Assembly: GCA_963841705.1 (NCBI GenBank)
Contig: CAWJDY010000043.1
Location: forward strand, 41,163-105,162
From: an uncultured Alphaproteobacteria bacterium
GTDB lineage: Bacteria; Pseudomonadota; Alphaproteobacteria; Rhizobiales; Xanthobacteraceae
Length of the DNA stretch: 64,000 nucleotides
Reading direction: 5' to 3'
Under the pieces are notes generated by a model, which was not told where the DNA came from, ran no database searches, and was given only the letters and a program-made list of their open reading frames with translations. Made by a program: the position numbers and the translations under genes. Below are positions 41,391-52,665 of the stretch, piece by piece. How positions within the stretch are numbered: position 1 is the first letter of the stretch; each line of letters opens with the position of its first letter.

Positions 41391-42881
41391 TCAGGCGCTG
41401 GCGCGCTCATCGCGCCGGCTGCGGATATCCACCGCGCGGTCGGGGATGGTGAGCCGAAACGTGGCGCCGATAGTGCCTTCAACCAGGCGGATCTCGCCGC
41501 CATGGGCGCGTACCAGCTCAGCGACGATGGCAAGGCCGAGACCGGCACTGCCCGCGCGGGTCGAGCCTTTGAACGCTTCGAACAGATGAGCGCGGGCGCG
41601 CTCCGGCAGCCCAGGACCGGTATCGGCAACCTCGATCACCGCCACGGCGCCCTCGCGCCGACCGGTGATGCGGATCTGATCGCGGCCGGGATCCCGTGCG
41701 TCGCGGCCCTCCAGTGCCTGCACCGCGTTGCGCGCGAGATTGAGCAGGATGCGAAAGAGCTGCTCCGGGTCGGCGTCCACCGTCAGGCCGCGCTCGACCG
41801 CGCTGATCCAGCGCACCGGGGAGGTCGCGTCGAGCCCTAACGTCTCGCGCACGTCCTCCGCCACCGGCTCGAGCTCGACCATGCGGCGCTCGGGCGGAGG
41901 CTCCTGCATGCGTCCGTACGACAATGTCGTTTGACAGAATGCGATTGCGCGCTCGAGCGCGCGCATGAGCTGCGGCGCAAACCGCTGCACGCGCGGATCG
42001 GCGACCTTGGCAAGGCGCTCGGAAAAGAGCTGCGCCGAGGTCAATAGGTTGCGCAGGTCATGGTTTATCTTGGAAACCGCAAGCCCGAGGGCGGCAAGAT
42101 GATTCTTCTGCGCGAGGAGGGCGGCAAGATCGCCCTGCATGGCGGCAAGCTCGCGCTCGGCGGTGCCGATCTCGTCGCGCCGATCCGAAGCCGCGATGAT
42201 GGGGGCCGGGTTTTCCGGGTCGGCGCGGAACGCGACCATGTTGTCGGTCATCCGCCGCATCGGCCGCACAAGCAGCCGATGCAGCGAAACATAGACGAGG
42301 GTTGCGGAAAACGCGGAAATGATCAGCGACAGGATGAGGATGCGGATGGAGAACTCCAGCATGGCGGCGCGCAGCGGCGCCTCGTCGGCGACGATCTCGA
42401 CGTACTCGCCCATGGGCGCCGGCCCCACGACGCGCATCACGTCGGTCTTGGCAGAGAACAGCGTCTGGAACGCCCCGATGATGGCGCGGTGCCAGGACAT
42501 GTCGCGCATGTCAACGTCGAGGTTGATTGCGGGCGGCATGTCGGAGGCGGCAAGGAGCCGGCGTTGCTGGCCCATTTTCAACGCCACCGCGCGCGCGCCA
42601 ATGCTCTTGAGCAGCTGGCGCGCGACCCCCTCGGGCACCACGCCATCGGGCACGGTCTGAAACACCAGCGCGGCGGTGTACGCCGCGGAAAGCCGGTCGT
42701 TGAGCCAGTTCAGCCGAAAATTGGCAACCGAAGGAACATAGATCAGCACCTCGGCCATCATCACGAACAGGACGGTGAGCACGAGGAGCTTGCCGGACAG
42801 CCCCAATCGGGGCGCCCTCGCGCGTTCGGCCGCGACTGGTGAGGCAGTACTCTCGGCCATTGCTGTCCCGTGCCTATCCAA
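41391..42881 (-). CDS. sensor histidine kinase
   Basis: 496-aa ORF. Two N-terminal TM segments, H-box INHDLRNLL, N/G boxes (LLNLARNAVQA, DTGPGLP, GSAGLGLAIV). Confidence 0.88.
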   Translation of the reverse strand: MDRHGTAMAESTASPVAAERARAPRLGLSGKLLVLTVLFVMMAEVLIYVPSVANFRLNWLNDRLSAAYTAALVFQTVPDGVVPEGVARQLLKSIGARAVALKMGQQRRLLAASDMPPAINLDVDMRDMSWHRAIIGAFQTLFSAKTDVMRVVGPAPMGEYVEIVADEAPLRAAMLEFSIRILILSLIISAFSATLVYVSLHRLLVRPMRRMTDNMVAFRADPENPAPIIAASDRRDEIGTAERELAAMQGDLAALLAQKNHLAALGLAVSKINHDLRNLLTSAQLFSERLAKVADPRVQRFAPQLMRALERAIAFCQTTLSYGRMQEPPPERRMVELEPVAEDVRETLGLDATSPVRWISAVERGLTVDADPEQLFRILLNLARNAVQALEGRDARDPGRDQIRITGRREGAVAVIEVADTGPGLPERARAHLFEAFKGSTRAGSAGLGLAIVAELVRAHGGEIRLVEGTIGATFRLTIPDRAVDIRSRRDERASA

Positions 42882-44301
42882 ACCGCCGCAGGAAGATGAT
42901 CATACGCCGCACAAAACGGCTGGTCAGAACGGGGGTGAAATAGGTCATGGCGGCGCGTTTTCCAACTTCCGCGCGCGTGGGGTAAGGCACGACCATCCCT
43001 GCGATGGCGCTGATGTTGAGCTTGCGGGTCACCGCCAAGGCCCAGGGCACGATCAGATCGCCGGCCCCTGCCGCGACAATCGTTGCGCCCAGGATCCTGC
43101 CCCTTCGAGTCGTGATGATCTTGACGTGGCCGTTGGTCGCGCGCTCAGCCTGGGCGCGATCGTTCTCGTGAAACGGCCAACGCAGCACCCGGAAAGCCAC
43201 CCCCCGATCGCGCGCCTCCAGCTCCGTCAAACCCACATGTGCAAGCTCCGGGTCGGTGAAGGTCACCCGCGGAATGACGTGCTCATTGACCCGCGCGGGC
43301 AGGCGAAAGAGCGCGTTGCGGATCACCATGCCGGCTTGGTGATTGGCGAGGTGGGTGAACTGTGCTCCACCGGCAACATCGCCAATGGCATAGACGCGCC
43401 GGTTCGTCGTCCTGAGACCCTTGTCCACGGCGATCCCGGCACGATCCTGGCGAATGCCTGCGATATCCAGGCCGAGACCATCGACATTGGCGCGTCGGCC
43501 GGTGGCAAGCAGGAGATGGCTGCCGCTGATCGTTTCCTCGCCGGCTTGAGCGCGAACGACCACATTCACCTTTCCGTCGGCGCGTTGCAGTCGAACAACG
43601 CTGGTGCCGGTAGGCAGCTCGATGCCCTCGCGCGTGAGCGCATCCAGCACGACCTGCGCGCATTCCGGATCCTCGCGGGCGAGCGGGCGCCCCGTTTCCA
43701 GCACGGTGACGGCGGAGCCCAGGCGCCGGAATGCCTGTGCCAACTCGAGCCCCACCGGACCTGCACCGACCACGATGAGATGCTCGGGGCGCTCGGTAAG
43801 ATCAAACACCGTCTCGTTGGTGAGGTGCGGCGTCTCCATGAGCCCTGGAATGGGGGGCAGCGCCGGCGAGGAGCCGCTCGCAATAACGAAGCGGCGAGCC
43901 CTGATCGCGACCTCGTCGCCCACCACGACGGTGTCGCGGTCCGTGAAGCGTGCGGCGCCCGCGATGACGCTCACGCCAAGCCCGGTGAAGCGCGCCGTTG
44001 AATCGTTCGGCGCGATCGCCGCGATGACGTCGTGAACGTGCTTGTGCACGCCGGCAAAATCAACCTCAAAACCGCGCGGTAATAGGCCGAACGCCTTGGC
44101 ATCTGCGATCGCGTGGGCGTGCTTGGCGGCGGCGATGAGTGACTTCGACGGGACGCAGCCGGCATTGAGGCACTCACCCCCCATTTTCCCTTTTTCGACG
44201 AGCACCACTGGAACCCCGAACGCCGCCGCCGCGGCCGCCACGCTCAGGCCGCCGGAGCCCGCTCCGATGACGCAGATGTCCGGCGTCAATATTTCGACCA
44301 T
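42874..44301 (-). CDS. FAD-dependent pyridine nucleotide-disulfide oxidoreductase (dihydrolipoyl dehydrogenase / mercuric reductase-like)
   Basis: GAGSGG FAD fold, redox-active CLNAGCVPSK, second Rossmann GAGPVGLE. Confidence 0.88.
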   Translation of the reverse strand: MVEILTPDICVIGAGSGGLSVAAAAAAFGVPVVLVEKGKMGGECLNAGCVPSKSLIAAAKHAHAIADAKAFGLLPRGFEVDFAGVHKHVHDVIAAIAPNDSTARFTGLGVSVIAGAARFTDRDTVVVGDEVAIRARRFVIASGSSPALPPIPGLMETPHLTNETVFDLTERPEHLIVVGAGPVGLELAQAFRRLGSAVTVLETGRPLAREDPECAQVVLDALTREGIELPTGTSVVRLQRADGKVNVVVRAQAGEETISGSHLLLATGRRANVDGLGLDIAGIRQDRAGIAVDKGLRTTNRRVYAIGDVAGGAQFTHLANHQAGMVIRNALFRLPARVNEHVIPRVTFTDPELAHVGLTELEARDRGVAFRVLRWPFHENDRAQAERATNGHVKIITTRRGRILGATIVAAGAGDLIVPWALAVTRKLNISAIAGMVVPYPTRAEVGKRAAMTYFTPVLTSRFVRRMIIFLRRFG

Positions 44302-44324
44302 GCTTTCAACCTCTTACCTGCCAT

Positions 44325-44489
44325 GTAGAGGCGGGTTTCAAACCCGCCCCTACATGCTGTCGCTGCTGAAACCCTCGTAGGGCGACGCCCCCGATGCGCA
44401 GCAACGACGCAAAGATAGGGGGCGAGGCAATGCCTCGCCCCCTACGGATATAAAGGACCTTGTGGGGCCGCGTTTCAAATCGCCCCTAC
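44325..44489. repeat. cluster of three REP units (GTAGGGGCGGGTTTCAAACCCGCCCCTAC type)
   Basis: GTAGAGGCGGGTTTCAAACCCGCCCCTAC (44325-44353), TAGGGGGCGAGGCAATGCCTCGCCCCCTAC (44415-44445), GTGGGGCCGCGTTTCAAATCGCCCCTAC (44462-44489). A related unit lies at 61714-61747. Confidence 0.75.
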
Positions 44490-45358
44490 AACCGGGACAC
44501 AAAGCCGCCGGTGTGCCGCGTGCGCCAGCGCTTCACCAGGACCGGAACGAGCGCAAGCACACCGAGAGCGACGAGAGCTGCGAGAAGCTGCGGCGTGAGC
44601 ACGTCGGCGGTTGCGAACACGAGCGGGCAATCGGAGCGCCCTGCTGCAATGCATGCGCGTCGCGCGGCTTCTTGCGCCACGATCACGCTCTCCAATCCGC
44701 TTCCGACGAACGCAAAGGCAAACGTCGCCGGCATGATGCCGAGCACCGTTGCCGCGGCAAACGGCGCAAGCCGCAGCCCACTGGCGGCCGAAACCAGGTT
44801 GACCAGCCAGAACGGGAAAACCGGGACGAGCCGCAGAAACAGCAGATAACTGAACGCATCCTTGCGAAACCCCGCAGCGATCTTCTCTGCGGTTGCGCCC
44901 GCCCGCCGGGCCAGATGCTCGCCGAAAGCGCTCCTCGCGATCGAGAAGATCGCGACCGCTCCGATGCTCGCGCCGATGACGGCGGCAAAGCCACCGAGCA
45001 CCACGCCGAAAAGCATTCCGCCTATCACGGTCAGATAAGCTCCAACCGGCAGTGAAAGCGCCACGACTACGACGTAGAGCGCGATGTAGGTTGCGACGGC
45101 GAGCGCCTCGTGCGCGGCGATGAACTCCCGCAGCGCGGCGTGATGCCGCGCGAGCGTCGCGAAGGACAGCTCGCGGTGCCATCCCATCGCGATGACAACG
45201 ATCGAGACAATGCCGATTGCGACCAGTGGCGCAAGGCGCCGCAACGAAAATAGCCAGCGGCTTGGCGCAATGCGCGGTGAAGACGGATCATGGTCGATGT
45301 TCATGAAGCTGTCATGCAGGAACCCGAGGCAGTCCCGGAATTGACGGGAAAAGGCCAC
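44486..45358 (-). CDS. TVP38/TMEM64 (DedA-related) family membrane protein
   Basis: 290-aa multi-pass ORF with LFLRLVPVFPFWLVNLVSAASGLRL. Confidence 0.8.
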   Translation of the reverse strand: MAFSRQFRDCLGFLHDSFMNIDHDPSSPRIAPSRWLFSLRRLAPLVAIGIVSIVVIAMGWHRELSFATLARHHAALREFIAAHEALAVATYIALYVVVVALSLPVGAYLTVIGGMLFGVVLGGFAAVIGASIGAVAIFSIARSAFGEHLARRAGATAEKIAAGFRKDAFSYLLFLRLVPVFPFWLVNLVSAASGLRLAPFAAATVLGIMPATFAFAFVGSGLESVIVAQEAARRACIAAGRSDCPLVFATADVLTPQLLAALVALGVLALVPVLVKRWRTRHTGGFVSRL

Positions 45359-45470
45359 CTCCCTATAAGCCGCTCCATATTTTCGAACGGCAGTGCACTC
45401 GATTGGGGCCTTGGCGGACGCCGCGCGCTGCGCGTTTCGTCGATAACCGGCACAGAGCGGAGACAGCGAG

Positions 45471-45605
45471 GTGAAACGGACCTATCAGCCGAGCAAGCTG
45501 GTGCGCAAGCGCCGCCACGGTTTCCGCGCCCGCATGGCAACCAAGGGCGGCCGCAGGGTGATCGCAGCGCGCCGCGCGCAGGGCCGCAAGCGCCTCAGCG
45601 CCTGA
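45471..45605 (+). CDS. rpmH: 50S ribosomal protein L34
   Basis: (GTG)[43 protein letters not shown]. 44 aa, below the ORF-track cutoff. Confidence 0.95.
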   Translation: MKRTYQPSKLVRKRRHGFRARMATKGGRRVIAARRAQGRKRLSA

Positions 45606-45611
45606 TCCGCG

Positions 45612-45944
45612 GTGGAGCGGCTGAGACGGCGAGCCGATTTCCTCGCCGCCGCGACCGGGATCAAGGCGCCGACCGCGGGCTTCGTGTTGCAGGTTCGCCC
45701 GCGCGGGGATCAGGCCCCTGGCCGCGTGGGTTTTACCGTTGCCAGGAAGGTCGGAACGGCGGTTGAGCGCAACAGGGTGCGACGCAGACTCAAGGAGGTT
45801 GTGAGGCTTGCCGCCGCAACTGGTCTTCCCCCCGGCAATGATTATGTGCTGGTCGGACGGCGCGCCGCCCTGTCGCTGCCGTTCGAGCAAATCCTCAACG
45901 ATTTCAACCGCGCGCTAGGACGGCTGCGAGTGGCCCACAGATGA
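45612..45944 (+). CDS. rnpA: ribonuclease P protein component
   Basis: 110-aa basic ORF directly after rpmH, with the FTVARKVGTAVERNRVRRRLKE RNR motif. Confidence 0.9.
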   Translation: MERLRRRADFLAAATGIKAPTAGFVLQVRPRGDQAPGRVGFTVARKVGTAVERNRVRRRLKEVVRLAAATGLPPGNDYVLVGRRAALSLPFEQILNDFNRALGRLRVAHR

Positions 45945-47767
45945 CCGACCAGAAGAACACCATTCTCGCAATCGTGCTGTCCGCGCTCGTCCTGATCGGA
46001 TGGCAGCTTTATTTCGGCCTTCCTCAGGTCCAGAAACAAAGAGAAATTCAGCAGCAGCAGGCGCAGGAGCATGCGCAGCCGGTTCCCGGTGCGCCAGCGC
46101 CGCAAGCCGTTCCGCCGGCACAGGCTCCTCCAGCCAGCATGCCGCAAGCCCCTGCGCATCCCGGAACTGCCCCCGGGATGCCGATGACGCGGGAGGAGGC
46201 CCTCGCCGCTTCCCCGCGCGTGCGCATCGAGACGCCGAGTGTCTCCGGATCGATCTCGCTCAAGGGCGCGCGCATCGACGATCTTTCCCTGATCAAATAT
46301 CACGAGACCGTCGACCCCGGCTCGCCCCCCATTGTGCTGCTTGCACCCTCGGGCAGCCCCAACCCGTTCTATTCCGAGTTCGGCTGGACCGCCGCGAGCG
46401 GCACCAGCGCAAAGCTGCCCGGTCCCGATACGCTGTGGCGCCAGGAAGGAGGAGGCACGCTCTCCGTCGGCCGGCCCGCGACGCTTGTCTACGACAATGG
46501 CGAGGGGCTCGAATTCCGGCGCACCATCACCGTCGACGACAAGTATCTCTTCACTGTCAAGGACGAGGTTGTGAACAAGGGGACCTCCGCGGTCACGCTC
46601 TATCCCTATGCGCTGATCTCGCTTCACGGGACTCCGCACACGCTCGGCTACTACATCCTGCACGAAGGCATGATCGGCGTGCTCGATGACAAGCTGCAGG
46701 AGCCAAGCTATGCGGATATCGAGAAGAAAAAGGAGATGACGTTTACCTCGACCAATGCCTGGCTCGGGATCACCGAGAAATATTGGGCGGCGACGCTGCT
46801 GCCGCCTACCACGGCAAAAATCTATGCCCAGTTCTCCTTCTTTCAGAACGGCATCAAGCGCTATCAGACCTATTACAATCTTGATCCCGTGACCGTGGCT
46901 CCCGGCTCGACCAGCGCCGCCGACACTCGGCTGTTTGCGGGCGCCAAGGAAGTCTCGATTGTGGACGGCTACAATCAGCAGCTCGGACTCAACAAGTTCG
47001 ATCTGCTCATTGATTGGGGCTGGTTCTATTTCATCACCAAGCCGATGTTCTTCTCGCTTGACTGGATCTATCGCCTGGTCGGTAACTTCGGCGTGGCCAT
47101 TCTGATCATCACCGTCATCATCAAAGCCATCTTCTTCCCGCTCGCCAACAAGTCGTATGCCTCCATGGCCAAGATGAAGGCGGTGCAGCCGGAGATGATG
47201 GCGATCCGCGAGCGCTACGCGGACGACAAGATGAAGCAGCAGCAGGCAATGATGGAGCTCTACAAGAAAGAGAAGGTGAATCCGGTCGCCGGGTGCCTGC
47301 CGATGCTCATTCAGATCCCGGTTTTCTTTTCGCTATACAAGGTGCTGTTCGTCACGATTGACCTGCGGCACGCCCCGTTCTTCGGCTGGATCAAGGACCT
47401 TTCGGCGCCCGATCCGCTCACGGTGTTCAATCTGTTCGGGTTGATCCCGTGGGACCCGACGGTCGTTCCGGTCATCGGCCCATTCCTGCATCTCGGCCCA
47501 TGGCCGCTGATCATGGGCCTGACCATGTGGGCGCAGATGAAGCTCAATCCGCCCCCGCCGGACCCCGCGCAGAAGATGATCTTCGATTACATGCCGATCA
47601 TCTTTACCTTCATGCTCGCGAACTTCTCCGCGGGGCTGGTGATCTACTGGGCATGGAACAACACGCTCTCCGTCATTCAGCAGAGCGTGATCATGCGCAA
47701 GCACGGCGCCAAGGTCGAGCTCATCGACAACGTCAAGGCGCTGTTCGCGAAGAAGGAGAAGGCGTAA
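45941..47767 (+). CDS. yidC: membrane protein insertase YidC
   Basis: 608-aa ORF. Large periplasmic domain plus a conserved C-terminal 60-kDa-IMP region (FFPLANKSYASMAKMKAVQPEM, CLPMLIQIPVFFSLY). Confidence 0.95.
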   Translation: MTDQKNTILAIVLSALVLIGWQLYFGLPQVQKQREIQQQQAQEHAQPVPGAPAPQAVPPAQAPPASMPQAPAHPGTAPGMPMTREEALAASPRVRIETPSVSGSISLKGARIDDLSLIKYHETVDPGSPPIVLLAPSGSPNPFYSEFGWTAASGTSAKLPGPDTLWRQEGGGTLSVGRPATLVYDNGEGLEFRRTITVDDKYLFTVKDEVVNKGTSAVTLYPYALISLHGTPHTLGYYILHEGMIGVLDDKLQEPSYADIEKKKEMTFTSTNAWLGITEKYWAATLLPPTTAKIYAQFSFFQNGIKRYQTYYNLDPVTVAPGSTSAADTRLFAGAKEVSIVDGYNQQLGLNKFDLLIDWGWFYFITKPMFFSLDWIYRLVGNFGVAILIITVIIKAIFFPLANKSYASMAKMKAVQPEMMAIRERYADDKMKQQQAMMELYKKEKVNPVAGCLPMLIQIPVFFSLYKVLFVTIDLRHAPFFGWIKDLSAPDPLTVFNLFGLIPWDPTVVPVIGPFLHLGPWPLIMGLTMWAQMKLNPPPPDPAQKMIFDYMPIIFTFMLANFSAGLVIYWAWNNTLSVIQQSVIMRKHGAKVELIDNVKALFAKKEKA

Positions 47768-47814
47768 GGTTGCGTACGCTCGCGCCACCGCCCGCTGCAC
47801 TCGTGCGGGACACG

Positions 47815-48465
47815 ATGAGCGGCTCCCATCCTACCCGCGCCGAGATCGAGGCCGGCCGCAAACTGTTCTCGGCGCATTGGCAATTCGCGAGCGCGTCCGG
47901 ATCCATCGCCTCGCTGCCTCCGATGCGCGGGGTCGAGATCGCGTTTGCCGGCCGCTCCAATGTGGGGAAATCGAGCCTGATCAACGCGCTGACGGGTCGA
48001 CGCGCGCTTGCGCGCACCTCACACACGCCGGGCCGGACGCAGGAGCTCATTTTCTTCACCGGGCCGGCGGTGCTCACGCTCGTCGACATGCCGGGCTATG
48101 GCTACGCGGCCGCTGCCAGCACCAAGGTAAAGGCCTGGACCGCGCTCATTCACGATTTCCTCAGAGGACGCGCCAATCTCGCGCGGGTCTATCTCCTGAT
48201 CGATGCGCGACACGGGTTGAAAGCGGCCGACGCGGCAGTGCTGAAAACACTCGATGATGCGGCGGTAAGCTATCAATTGATCTTCAGCAAAGCGGATCAG
48301 GTCGATGCGGCCGCTCAGGCCGCGCTGCTGGCGCGGACCAGCACGGCCCTGGCGCAACATCCCGCTGCACATCCGCAGCTCCACGTCACTTCCGCCCGCG
48401 ACCGCGCGGGAATCCCCGAGTTGCGCGCTGCCATTGCCCGTCTCCTCGCCGAGCGCCAGGCCTAA
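47815..48465 (+). CDS. engB: ribosome biogenesis GTP-binding protein YihA/EngB
   Basis: Start at [19 protein letters not shown]1 [10 protein letters not shown]3 DMPGYG, G4 SKAD. The upstream part of ORF 47449..48465 overlaps yidC out of frame. Confidence 0.9.
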   Translation: MSGSHPTRAEIEAGRKLFSAHWQFASASGSIASLPPMRGVEIAFAGRSNVGKSSLINALTGRRALARTSHTPGRTQELIFFTGPAVLTLVDMPGYGYAAAASTKVKAWTALIHDFLRGRANLARVYLLIDARHGLKAADAAVLKTLDDAAVSYQLIFSKADQVDAAAQAALLARTSTALAQHPAAHPQLHVTSARDRAGIPELRAAIARLLAERQA

Positions 48466-48538
48466 CCACAGCCAGGTCGCATTTGTTGTCTCGCAGCTCG
48501 CTGAGGCGCTAAAAGGCGGCAGTAGTCGGAAAGTTGCC

Positions 48539-49423
48539 ATGACCGTTTCCCCCCACGAGATCGCTCGCGTCCTGTCGGAAGCGCTGCCCCATATGCAGCG
48601 CTACGACGAAGCGACGGTGGTCGTGAAATATGGCGGCCATGCCATGGGCGAAGACGAGCTGGCGCGCAGCTTTGCCCGTGACATCGTCCTGATGGAACAG
48701 ACCGCCATCAATCCGGTGGTGGTGCACGGCGGCGGCCCGCAGATCGGCGACATGCTGGCCCGGCTCGGCATCAAATCGCAGTTCGCGGACGGGCTGCGCA
48801 TCACCGATGCCGCCACCATCGAGATCGTCGAGATGGTGCTCGCCGGCTCCATCAACAAGCAGATCGTCGGTTTCATCAACGAGGCAGGCGGCACGGCGAT
48901 TGGCCTGTGCGGCAAGGACGGCAACATGGTGCGTGCGCGCAAGGCGAGCCGCAGCATGGTCGACCCGCACTCCAAGATGGAGAAGATCGTCGACCTCGGC
49001 TTCGTGGGCGAGCCGGAAGCGGTTGACACCACGGTGCTCACTCAGATCCTGGGCCGCGATCTCATTCCCGTGCTGGCGCCGCTTGCAACCTCGAGCGATG
49101 GCGTCACCTACAACGTGAATGCCGATACCTTCGCCGGCGCCATCGCCGGCGCGCTCAAGGCCAAGCGGCTGCTCCTGCTCACCGACGTGCCGGGCGTGCT
49201 CGACAGGTCCCAGAACCTGATCAAGCAGCTCTCGGCCAAGGAGGCGCGGCGGTTGATCGCCGACGGCACGATATCGGGCGGCATGATTCCGAAGGTCGAG
49301 ACCTGCATCTATGCGCTGGAAGCGGGAGTGGAGGGGGTCGTGATTCTCGATGGCAAGGTACCCCATGCCGTACTGCTCGAGCTCCTGACCGATCACGGCG
49401 CCGGCACTCTGCTGATGCGCTGA
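48539..49423 (+). CDS. argB: acetylglutamate kinase
   Basis: [37 protein letters not shown]...[11 protein letters not shown]...[12 protein letters not shown]. Confidence 0.95.
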   Translation: MTVSPHEIARVLSEALPHMQRYDEATVVVKYGGHAMGEDELARSFARDIVLMEQTAINPVVVHGGGPQIGDMLARLGIKSQFADGLRITDAATIEIVEMVLAGSINKQIVGFINEAGGTAIGLCGKDGNMVRARKASRSMVDPHSKMEKIVDLGFVGEPEAVDTTVLTQILGRDLIPVLAPLATSSDGVTYNVNADTFAGAIAGALKAKRLLLLTDVPGVLDRSQNLIKQLSAKEARRLIADGTISGGMIPKVETCIYALEAGVEGVVILDGKVPHAVLLELLTDHGAGTLLMR

Positions 49424-49541
49424 GCGACGGCAGCGTGAGGCGCCACGAGCCTGGGCAACATGCGCGCCACTCCCGCCGGCGCCCGAAAATCGCCGCGCTC
49501 ATCCGGCCTACGCGCTGGTTAATGATTTCCTAAGATCCCGC

Positions 49542-50060
49542 TTGCAGCACGGAAGAGGCCGTTTCACGATCGCTTTGCGGGGGCGGTGTGGGAGATCGTG
49601 TCCCATGCTCGCCGCGGTGCGGCTCGTGCGCGCGCCGCTCGCGAAATTCTACAATCTGCTCGACGAGGGGCAGAAAACCCGCTTCAACGCGCTCGGCTCC
49701 GACGACGCCAGCGATCGGCAAATCACGCGCGATGTCATCCATATCTGCAGTGAGCCGGTGTCCGGTATGGCAGGAATCCCGATCGAACGCATCGAGCGCG
49801 CCGTCCGACCAAACGCAGCGCAACGCGCTTCATTGCATCGTCTTGCCGACGCGCTCACGTCGGCCGGTGACCTCTTGAGATCGAATTGTCCCGGCGGGAA
49901 CGCGATCACTCCAGCGCCGCGAATCGGAGCGATGGAGCAGCGGCTCGACACCATGCGGCGCGCGGTTGAGACCGTGCAACCCGCGCTGCAGGAATTCTAC
50001 GAGTTGCTGAGCTCCGAGCAGAAAGAGCGCTTCAACCTGCTCGCGCCCACTGCCGGCTGA
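49542..50060 (+). CDS. Spy/CpxP (LTXXQ-motif) family periplasmic protein; N-terminus unresolved
   Basis: Two LxxxQ-type repeats (FYNLLDEGQKTRFN, FYELLSSEQKERFN). No signal peptide is seen in this frame, so the start is uncertain. Confidence 0.55.
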   Translation: MQHGRGRFTIALRGRCGRSCPMLAAVRLVRAPLAKFYNLLDEGQKTRFNALGSDDASDRQITRDVIHICSEPVSGMAGIPIERIERAVRPNAAQRASLHRLADALTSAGDLLRSNCPGGNAITPAPRIGAMEQRLDTMRRAVETVQPALQEFYELLSSEQKERFNLLAPTAG

Positions 50061-50115
50061 GCTTCGGTCGCAGACGAGGGTGTCGCACTGTAGGTCCCTT
50101 TTAGGTGAGGTATTG

Positions 50116-51747
50116 TCACTCTGCGGCGATGCGGATCTCGGGAGCGGCCGAACGCACCTCGGCATCAACATCGTCCTCGTATTTGGTGAAGTTCTTCTGG
50201 AACATGCCTACGAGCTTGCGGGCTGTGTCGTCGAAGGCCGCCTTGTCCTTCCAGGTTTTCATTGGATAGAGCAGGTGCGGCTCGATGCCTGGCACTGAGG
50301 TCGGCACCGCAAAGCCGAAATAGGGATCAGTGCGAAAGCTCACCGTCTTGAGCGAGCCGTCCAGCGCGCCGCTGACCAGGGCGCGCGTTGCCTTGATCGG
50401 CATGCGCCGGCCGACCCCGTAAATGCCGCCCGTCCACCCGCTATTGACCAGCCAGCAATCGACCTTGTGCTTCGAGATGTAGTCGCGCATCACCGCGCCA
50501 TACTCGGCGGGCGGGCGCGGCAGGAACGGAGCGCCGAAGCAGGTGGAGAATTCGGGCTGCACCCCGACCAGCCCTTTCTCGGTACCCGCCACCTTGGCGG
50601 TGTAACCGGAGAGGAAGTGATACATCGCCTGCGCAGGGGTGAGCTTGGCAATCGGAGGGATCACGCCGAAGGCGTCGGCGGTAAGAAAGATGATGTTCCT
50701 GGGATGTCCGGCGCGTCCGGTAGACGAAGCGCGCGGCATGAACTCGAGCGGATAGGCCGCGCGCGTGTTCTCGGTCTTGGAGTCGTCATCGAAGTTGGGA
50801 ACGCGTGTCTGCGGGTCGAACACCACGTTCTCCAGGACCGCGCCGAAACGATTGATAGCGGCGTAGATTTCAGGCTCGGCTTCCTGCGACAGCTTGATGC
50901 ATTTGGCGTAACAGCCGCCCTCGAAGTTGAATACGCCATCCGGTCCCCAGCCGTGCTCATCGTCTCCGATCAGAATGCGATCGGGGTCGGCGGAGAGCGT
51001 CGTCTTGCCAGTACCGGAAAGCCCGAAGAACAGGGCAACGTCGCCGTCCTTGCCGACGTTGGCGGAGCAATGCATCGGCATGACGCCCTGCGCCGGGAGA
51101 TAGAAATTGAGCGTGGTGAACACGGACTTCTTGATTTCGCCGGCATAGGAGGAGCCGCCGATCAGGATGATCTTTTTGCTGAAATCGATGGCAATGACGG
51201 TCTCGCTGCGCACGCCATGGCGCCTGGGATCCGCCTTGAACGAAGGCAGGTCGACGATGGTCAGGTCGGGAGCGAACGTCAGCAGATCCAAGCGCTCGGG
51301 ACGGATCAGCAACTGACGGATGAACAGCGAGTGCCAGGCGAACTCGGTGAATACGCGAGTCTTGATCCGGTAAGCGGGATCGGCGCCGCCGTAGAGGTCC
51401 TGCGCGAACAGTTTCTTGCCGCGCGCGTGCGTGATGAAATCTTCGCAGAGGCGCTGGAAATTCCCCTGACTGATCCTGCGGTTGCCCTCCCACCACACCG
51501 AGCCCTCGGTCAGCTCGTCAACGACCGTATGCTTGTCCTTGGGCGAGCGTCCGGTGTGCACGCCGGTTTCCGCGCACAGCGCGCCGCCTTGCACGACCGA
51601 GGCTTCGCGCCCCCAGATCGCATGCTCGTAAAGCGCAGGCGCGGTAAGATTCCAATGAACGGCGTCGAGATCTTCAAGACCGAACCTATCGGCGCCGTAG
51701 CTGCTGTTCCTTAGACCCGTTTCCTGCACGCCAAACTCCTCCACCAC
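50116..51747 (-). CDS. pckA: phosphoenolpyruvate carboxykinase (ATP)
   Basis: 543-aa [17 protein letters not shown] kinase-1a motif. Whole-length family similarity. Confidence 0.95.
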   Translation of the reverse strand: MVEEFGVQETGLRNSSYGADRFGLEDLDAVHWNLTAPALYEHAIWGREASVVQGGALCAETGVHTGRSPKDKHTVVDELTEGSVWWEGNRRISQGNFQRLCEDFITHARGKKLFAQDLYGGADPAYRIKTRVFTEFAWHSLFIRQLLIRPERLDLLTFAPDLTIVDLPSFKADPRRHGVRSETVIAIDFSKKIILIGGSSYAGEIKKSVFTTLNFYLPAQGVMPMHCSANVGKDGDVALFFGLSGTGKTTLSADPDRILIGDDEHGWGPDGVFNFEGGCYAKCIKLSQEAEPEIYAAINRFGAVLENVVFDPQTRVPNFDDDSKTENTRAAYPLEFMPRASSTGRAGHPRNIIFLTADAFGVIPPIAKLTPAQAMYHFLSGYTAKVAGTEKGLVGVQPEFSTCFGAPFLPRPPAEYGAVMRDYISKHKVDCWLVNSGWTGGIYGVGRRMPIKATRALVSGALDGSLKTVSFRTDPYFGFAVPTSVPGIEPHLLYPMKTWKDKAAFDDTARKLVGMFQKNFTKYEDDVDAEVRSAAPEIRIAAE

Positions 51748-52019
51748 TCAGCCGGCTGGCGCCGGAGACCCTCCCGAGAGATCGGCACGGCAGCGTGATC
51801 TCGGCGTTCCAATCCCGCGTGGCGACCTATAGTGGGGATCACCTACCCTGCCAAGACGCAACGCAACATCGCAGCTTCTGCGGGCCTAGGCCGCATTAAC
51901 CAAGATCAACTGAGCACTCCTGCGGGTGCCCAGCAACAAAGCTCCAAGCCCTCTCCGGTTCCATGCTGCACTGCAGCAGTTCACGCCAAGCCATCCGCTC
52001 CCTCTTACGCAGTTTCTAC

Positions 52020-52431
52020 CTAAGATCCCGATCTTCCGGCCATTTCTAAATCTGCGAACCCGACAAACATTTCTGCCTCGGGCTGGCGCGCCAGATAACG
52101 CCGCCGGGCGCTGGGGTCCTCTGTCGGCGCCGCCATGCCCATCAGCATGACGCGCGCCCCTTCGAGCGGATCGCCTTCCCGGCGCTCGTCGAGCATGAGC
52201 GACACCCGGACATCGCCGAGAATGTTCCTGGTGTGCACGGCCAGGGTCGAGATCAGCAACAGCGGCGCGCCGTCGGGAGCGCTCGCGACATTGACCAATG
52301 AGGCAATAGGGACCGCCCGAGCCCGGCATAAGCGTCGCCAGAGCACCGGAGCGGCTCTCGCGCAGGAGCTTCTTGGCCGCGGCAGCCGGGATGAAATCAG
52401 GAGCTGGTTGCATCAACGTTCTCCGCTGCAA
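52020..52431 (-). pseudogene. pyridoxamine 5'-phosphate oxidase-related / HugZ-like protein with 1-nt frameshift
   Basis: The N-terminus [35 protein letters not shown] (frame of ORF 51886..52431) continues as [32 protein letters not shown]... in ORF 52020..52346. The shift is at a CCC run (complement of 52309-52311). Confidence 0.7.
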
Positions 52432-52665
52432 GCCGATGTGCTAACTCCATTCGCCGGACGCGAACCACGGGCGCGTGAGCACCGGAAGAGTGTCCGATTG
52501 CTGGAGATTTTGCGGCGGGACCCCGCATTTGCGTTCGCAGCGCGGAACGGCTATGCTGACAATCCATTGACGAATCATGTGTTTGTCAGGGATCGGCCAC
52601 ATTTCGGCCTTGCTTTGGGGGCTTCAGAGTCGCGGGGCGCGCACGCTGCCAGGACACAGGGGCTC

